Below, in pieces: positions 61,508 through 64,000 of a DNA stretch of 64,000 bases. The notes below the pieces were generated by a model. It saw only the letters and a program-made list of their open reading frames with translations. It was not told the origin of the DNA and did no database searches. A program made the translations under genes and the position numbers. Where the stretch lies: positions 5,624 through 69,623 of the forward strand of contig CAZQXB010000002.1 in the NCBI GenBank assembly GCA_964597575.1, written 5' to 3'. This stretch comes from an uncultured Gammaproteobacteria bacterium. GTDB taxonomy: Bacteria; Patescibacteriota; Patescibacteriia; Magasanikbacterales; UBA922. Within the stretch, counting starts at the first letter, position 1, and the number at the start of each line of letters is the position of its first letter.

Positions 61508-62512
61508 TTACGACACGATAAAATCTCCATGCTCGTATATTCGTTGACCGTCGGCGGTGATCGTTTCAATATCAACGAAAATATCAACATGGTAGCGTCC
61601 GTCTTTTCGATTCAACCCGGGTTTTTTGTAGACCCCGTGCTTCGCCCCAAGCGAGATGTGCATCCCCTTTTGACGTTCAAAAGCGGTAATATCGTTTACA
61701 ATATAATTTTTTCCCATCGCGGGATTAAGCCCTAAACCAAACTCTCGCACCCAAAGTTCTTCTTCGCTTTTTACTAAATCAAGAATCTTCTGAAATTCTT
61801 CTGGTGCGTCTGGTGCTGAAAAAATCCCATTCACAATAAAGGCCTTAAACGGCGGCACAATTCGCACTTTATGATCGTCGGCAGCGTACCCAAAAATCAT
61901 GGCTTCGCCATTTGTGCGTGTTAGGTCTTTTGCCTCACTAAATACCTCCCCAATCGGGTAGGTACCACCCACATTTTTCATGCCACTGTAATCGCCGATA
62001 TTCAATTTTGATTCTTCCATGCCACCGCTATAGGTAAGGGTTGTGCCGGCACAATTCACCACAATCTCGTTCGTACGATCAATCACCTTCTTTAACCCGT
62101 GACCGTACGTATGATAGTACGCTGAATCGTACGCCAAAGAATCAATGTAGCGCTCAAACTGATCTTCATTCAGACGAAGAAGATGAAGGTGCTCGATTGT
62201 TTTCAAATCACGATTAAATAACTCGATGCGTAAGCGAAACTCATTTAGGCGAAAATTTGTTGATTGAAGTACCACCACTAAGTCCTTTGGTTTTAAGGCG
62301 CTAATTCGTGCCAAAATCTCCTCGGGAGTATGAGCATGGAAATCCATAAACTCCCCTTGAGGAAGCGCGTTTCGGTACCCCGCAAGAATAATTTGAGTAA
62401 GCGGCGCATCAGTATCATAAATCACAAGAGCGTGCTCCGACGGCTCGAGGCGAATTGCTTGGCTGATAATATCTTTAAGATGTTTTGTTGCGAGAGAAAT
62501 AAGGTCAGTCAT
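61508..62512 (-). CDS. Aminopeptidase-like (M29/thermophilic metalloprotease fold) protein
   Basis: PIGEVF, REFGLGLN, ER..GMHISLG and HVD metal-ligand pattern. Confidence 0.7.
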   Translation of the reverse strand: MTDLISLATKHLKDIISQAIRLEPSEHALVIYDTDAPLTQIILAGYRNALPQGEFMDFHAHTPEEILARISALKPKDLVVVLQSTNFRLNEFRLRIELFNRDLKTIEHLHLLRLNEDQFERYIDSLAYDSAYYHTYGHGLKKVIDRTNEIVVNCAGTTLTYSGGMEESKLNIGDYSGMKNVGGTYPIGEVFSEAKDLTRTNGEAMIFGYAADDHKVRIVPPFKAFIVNGIFSAPDAPEEFQKILDLVKSEEELWVREFGLGLNPAMGKNYIVNDITAFERQKGMHISLGAKHGVYKKPGLNRKDGRYHVDIFVDIETITADGQRIYEHGDFIVS

Positions 62513-62560
62513 ATGAAAAGAGACTACCACAAAGAGCGGGAAAATCAAGAGGCATCCCTT

Positions 62561-63103
62561 TTAACGCACAAAACACATCCGGCACGTTGGCTCGTACGTA
62601 AACGTGCCATCGTCTGGGATAACCGTAGGAATCCCTTCAGTCACAGCAATCTTATTATTATAAATCTGTGTCTGTGTGGCAGAATAGCCTTTGCACAAAT
62701 GACATACGGCTCGTTTATAGCGCACCTCGCGCGGACCGAGCTCAAAGAGCTTGTGTACAATTTCAAATAAATGTCCGCGATAGTCCATGTCGAGCCCAGA
62801 AACCACGACATCTGTCCCCCGTGTAAGAAGGTCGTGAATATACACGGTATCGAGCGGATCAAACATGTGAATCTCGTCTATTCCGACAACCGACCATTTT
62901 TCATCCAAGGCTTCGCGGATTGAGGAGATCTTCTTGGCTTCAATAAATAACCCACTCCGCGATTCAATTTTCTCATCTCGTACATTCCGCTTCGGCTGAT
63001 AAAGTGCATACTTCGAAGTCGTATACTGAAGTGGCGAAAAGTAACTAATCAGGTCAAATGATTTTCCACTTTTCATGGGACCTAAAATGAGAGTGAGATT
63101 CAT
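62561..63103 (-). CDS. tdk: Thymidine kinase
   Basis: GPMKSGKS, IESRSG, GIDEIHMF, GLDMDYRG and CxxC...CxxC. Confidence 0.93.
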   Translation of the reverse strand: MNLTLILGPMKSGKSFDLISYFSPLQYTTSKYALYQPKRNVRDEKIESRSGLFIEAKKISSIREALDEKWSVVGIDEIHMFDPLDTVYIHDLLTRGTDVVVSGLDMDYRGHLFEIVHKLFELGPREVRYKRAVCHLCKGYSATQTQIYNNKIAVTEGIPTVIPDDGTFTYEPTCRMCFVR

Positions 63104-63154
63104 ACAAGCATAAAAGAATCGCCCCAAAACTATGCCATAGATACGAAAAAGTGT

Positions 63155-63652
63155 CTATAATTTGGCATCTTTCATGATCATACTGAGCGTATCCTCTAAC
63201 GAAAATGTTTGAGGGATAATTTTTTCTCCAGCAAAATGAGTAAAATCTTTTTCTCGATACCATGTTTTCATTTCTTTCTCACCAAACTCGTGTTTATTTG
63301 GTTTTGTGGCGTGGCGTTTCAGGGTTTCTTCAAAAGAAATTTCAAAATAGTACACGTAGTGTTCCGGACACTTCTCTATTAAGAGCTGAAGCATAGGGCC
63401 GTACTGCTTCATACTTAAAATACCTTCCAAAAGCACATCGTAGCCATGAGCTAAAGCAAACTCGACAACCTGTAAAATCAACGTATCATTTATAGCACCT
63501 TCTGACACCTTTTCATTTAAAATATGTCTCCGAATAACATCTTGCTCAACAATCGCAATTTTTCGACTGCTCAGCTCACGAAGTCTTCTTACTACAGTGG
63601 TCTTGCCTGAACCAGAATTTCCTCTAATGATAATAAGTTTTGATGGATACAT
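63155..63652 (-). CDS. P-loop kinase (AAA_33-like)
   Basis: IIIRGNSGSGKTT and ETLKRH. Confidence 0.85.
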   Translation of the reverse strand: MYPSKLIIIRGNSGSGKTTVVRRLRELSSRKIAIVEQDVIRRHILNEKVSEGAINDTLILQVVEFALAHGYDVLLEGILSMKQYGPMLQLLIEKCPEHYVYYFEISFEETLKRHATKPNKHEFGEKEMKTWYREKDFTHFAGEKIIPQTFSLEDTLSMIMKDAKL

Positions 63653-63665
63653 ACCATGGAAAAAC

Positions 63666-64000
63666 TTAATACCAAATTGTTCTCGTACGATGATATGGTA
63701 GATCATCCGGGGATTTTGTCTGCCCACGGAACCAAAAAATATTATCGGCCTCTTTGGCAGTAATGTCTGGGTACACTTTTTTTAATTCCCTCGTCACAAG
63801 TTCTACAGCCCAAATTGTGTGGGCACGAATTTCCACTTCCTCTTCACTCCCACTTTGGACTTCTTTTTTTGAATCTACCTTATTTGCCAACGCTTCGCCG
63901 TACAGAAGTATGCCAGCTTTGCGCAAAAGTTGCGGCACTTTGTAATCCGCAAAGGCGGTGAGGTTTTCCATACCTGTTACTTTTTCCCGAATTACCCCTA
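63666..64000 (-). CDS. Queuosine salvage protein (DUF2419/Qng1 family), 5'-truncated by the window edge
   Basis: LTAFADYKVPQLLR, EEVEIRA, DNIFW and the C-terminal PYHRTRTIWY. Confidence 0.85.
   Translation of the reverse strand, partial: GVIREKVTGMENLTAFADYKVPQLLRKAGILLYGEALANKVDSKKEVQSGSEEEVEIRAHTIWAVELVTRELKKVYPDITAKEADNIFWFRGQTKSPDDLPYHRTRTIWY

Overview
This is a chromosomal segment of a small-genome bacterium, most likely Patescibacteria/CPR of the Magasanikbacteria/Uhrbacteria (ABY1) type; that assignment is inferred from gene content and style. It uses the standard genetic code, since RF2 is present and TGA is a stop. The backbone is housekeeping genes (rsmA, prfB, groESL with a CIRCE element, yidC, nusA, typA, rlmN, rpsB-tsf, uvrA, rplS, greA, a class A PBP, tdk). 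It also carries a fermentative operon (ADP-forming acyl-CoA synthetase plus 2-oxoacid:ferredoxin oxidoreductase), a thiol-redox operon, and an envelope cluster (a TSP3-repeat protein, a 3042-aa Cys-rich secreted giant and a VirB6/TrbL-like membrane protein). No tRNA, rRNA, CRISPR array, transposase or integrase was seen. The most unusual signal is that the window holds two classes of genes. Native genes are AT-richer and almost never have a Shine-Dalgarno (SD) site. Four or five stand-alone cassettes (about 4.0-4.8, 26.8-27.8, 43.0-44.05, 47.8-48.4 and possibly 58.7-59.2 kb) are GC-richer with GC-ending codons. Each has a sigma70-type promoter, an SD-like site and hairpin-rich UTRs, and two show 5'UTR-3'UTR complementarity. 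One encodes a Myxococcota-style lipoprotein and another an O2-dependent 2OG-Fe(II) oxygenase. They may be ordinary horizontal acquisitions, or (speculatively) cargo built for expression in a GC-rich host. A candidate ~130-nt rod-shaped ncRNA lies upstream of groES.
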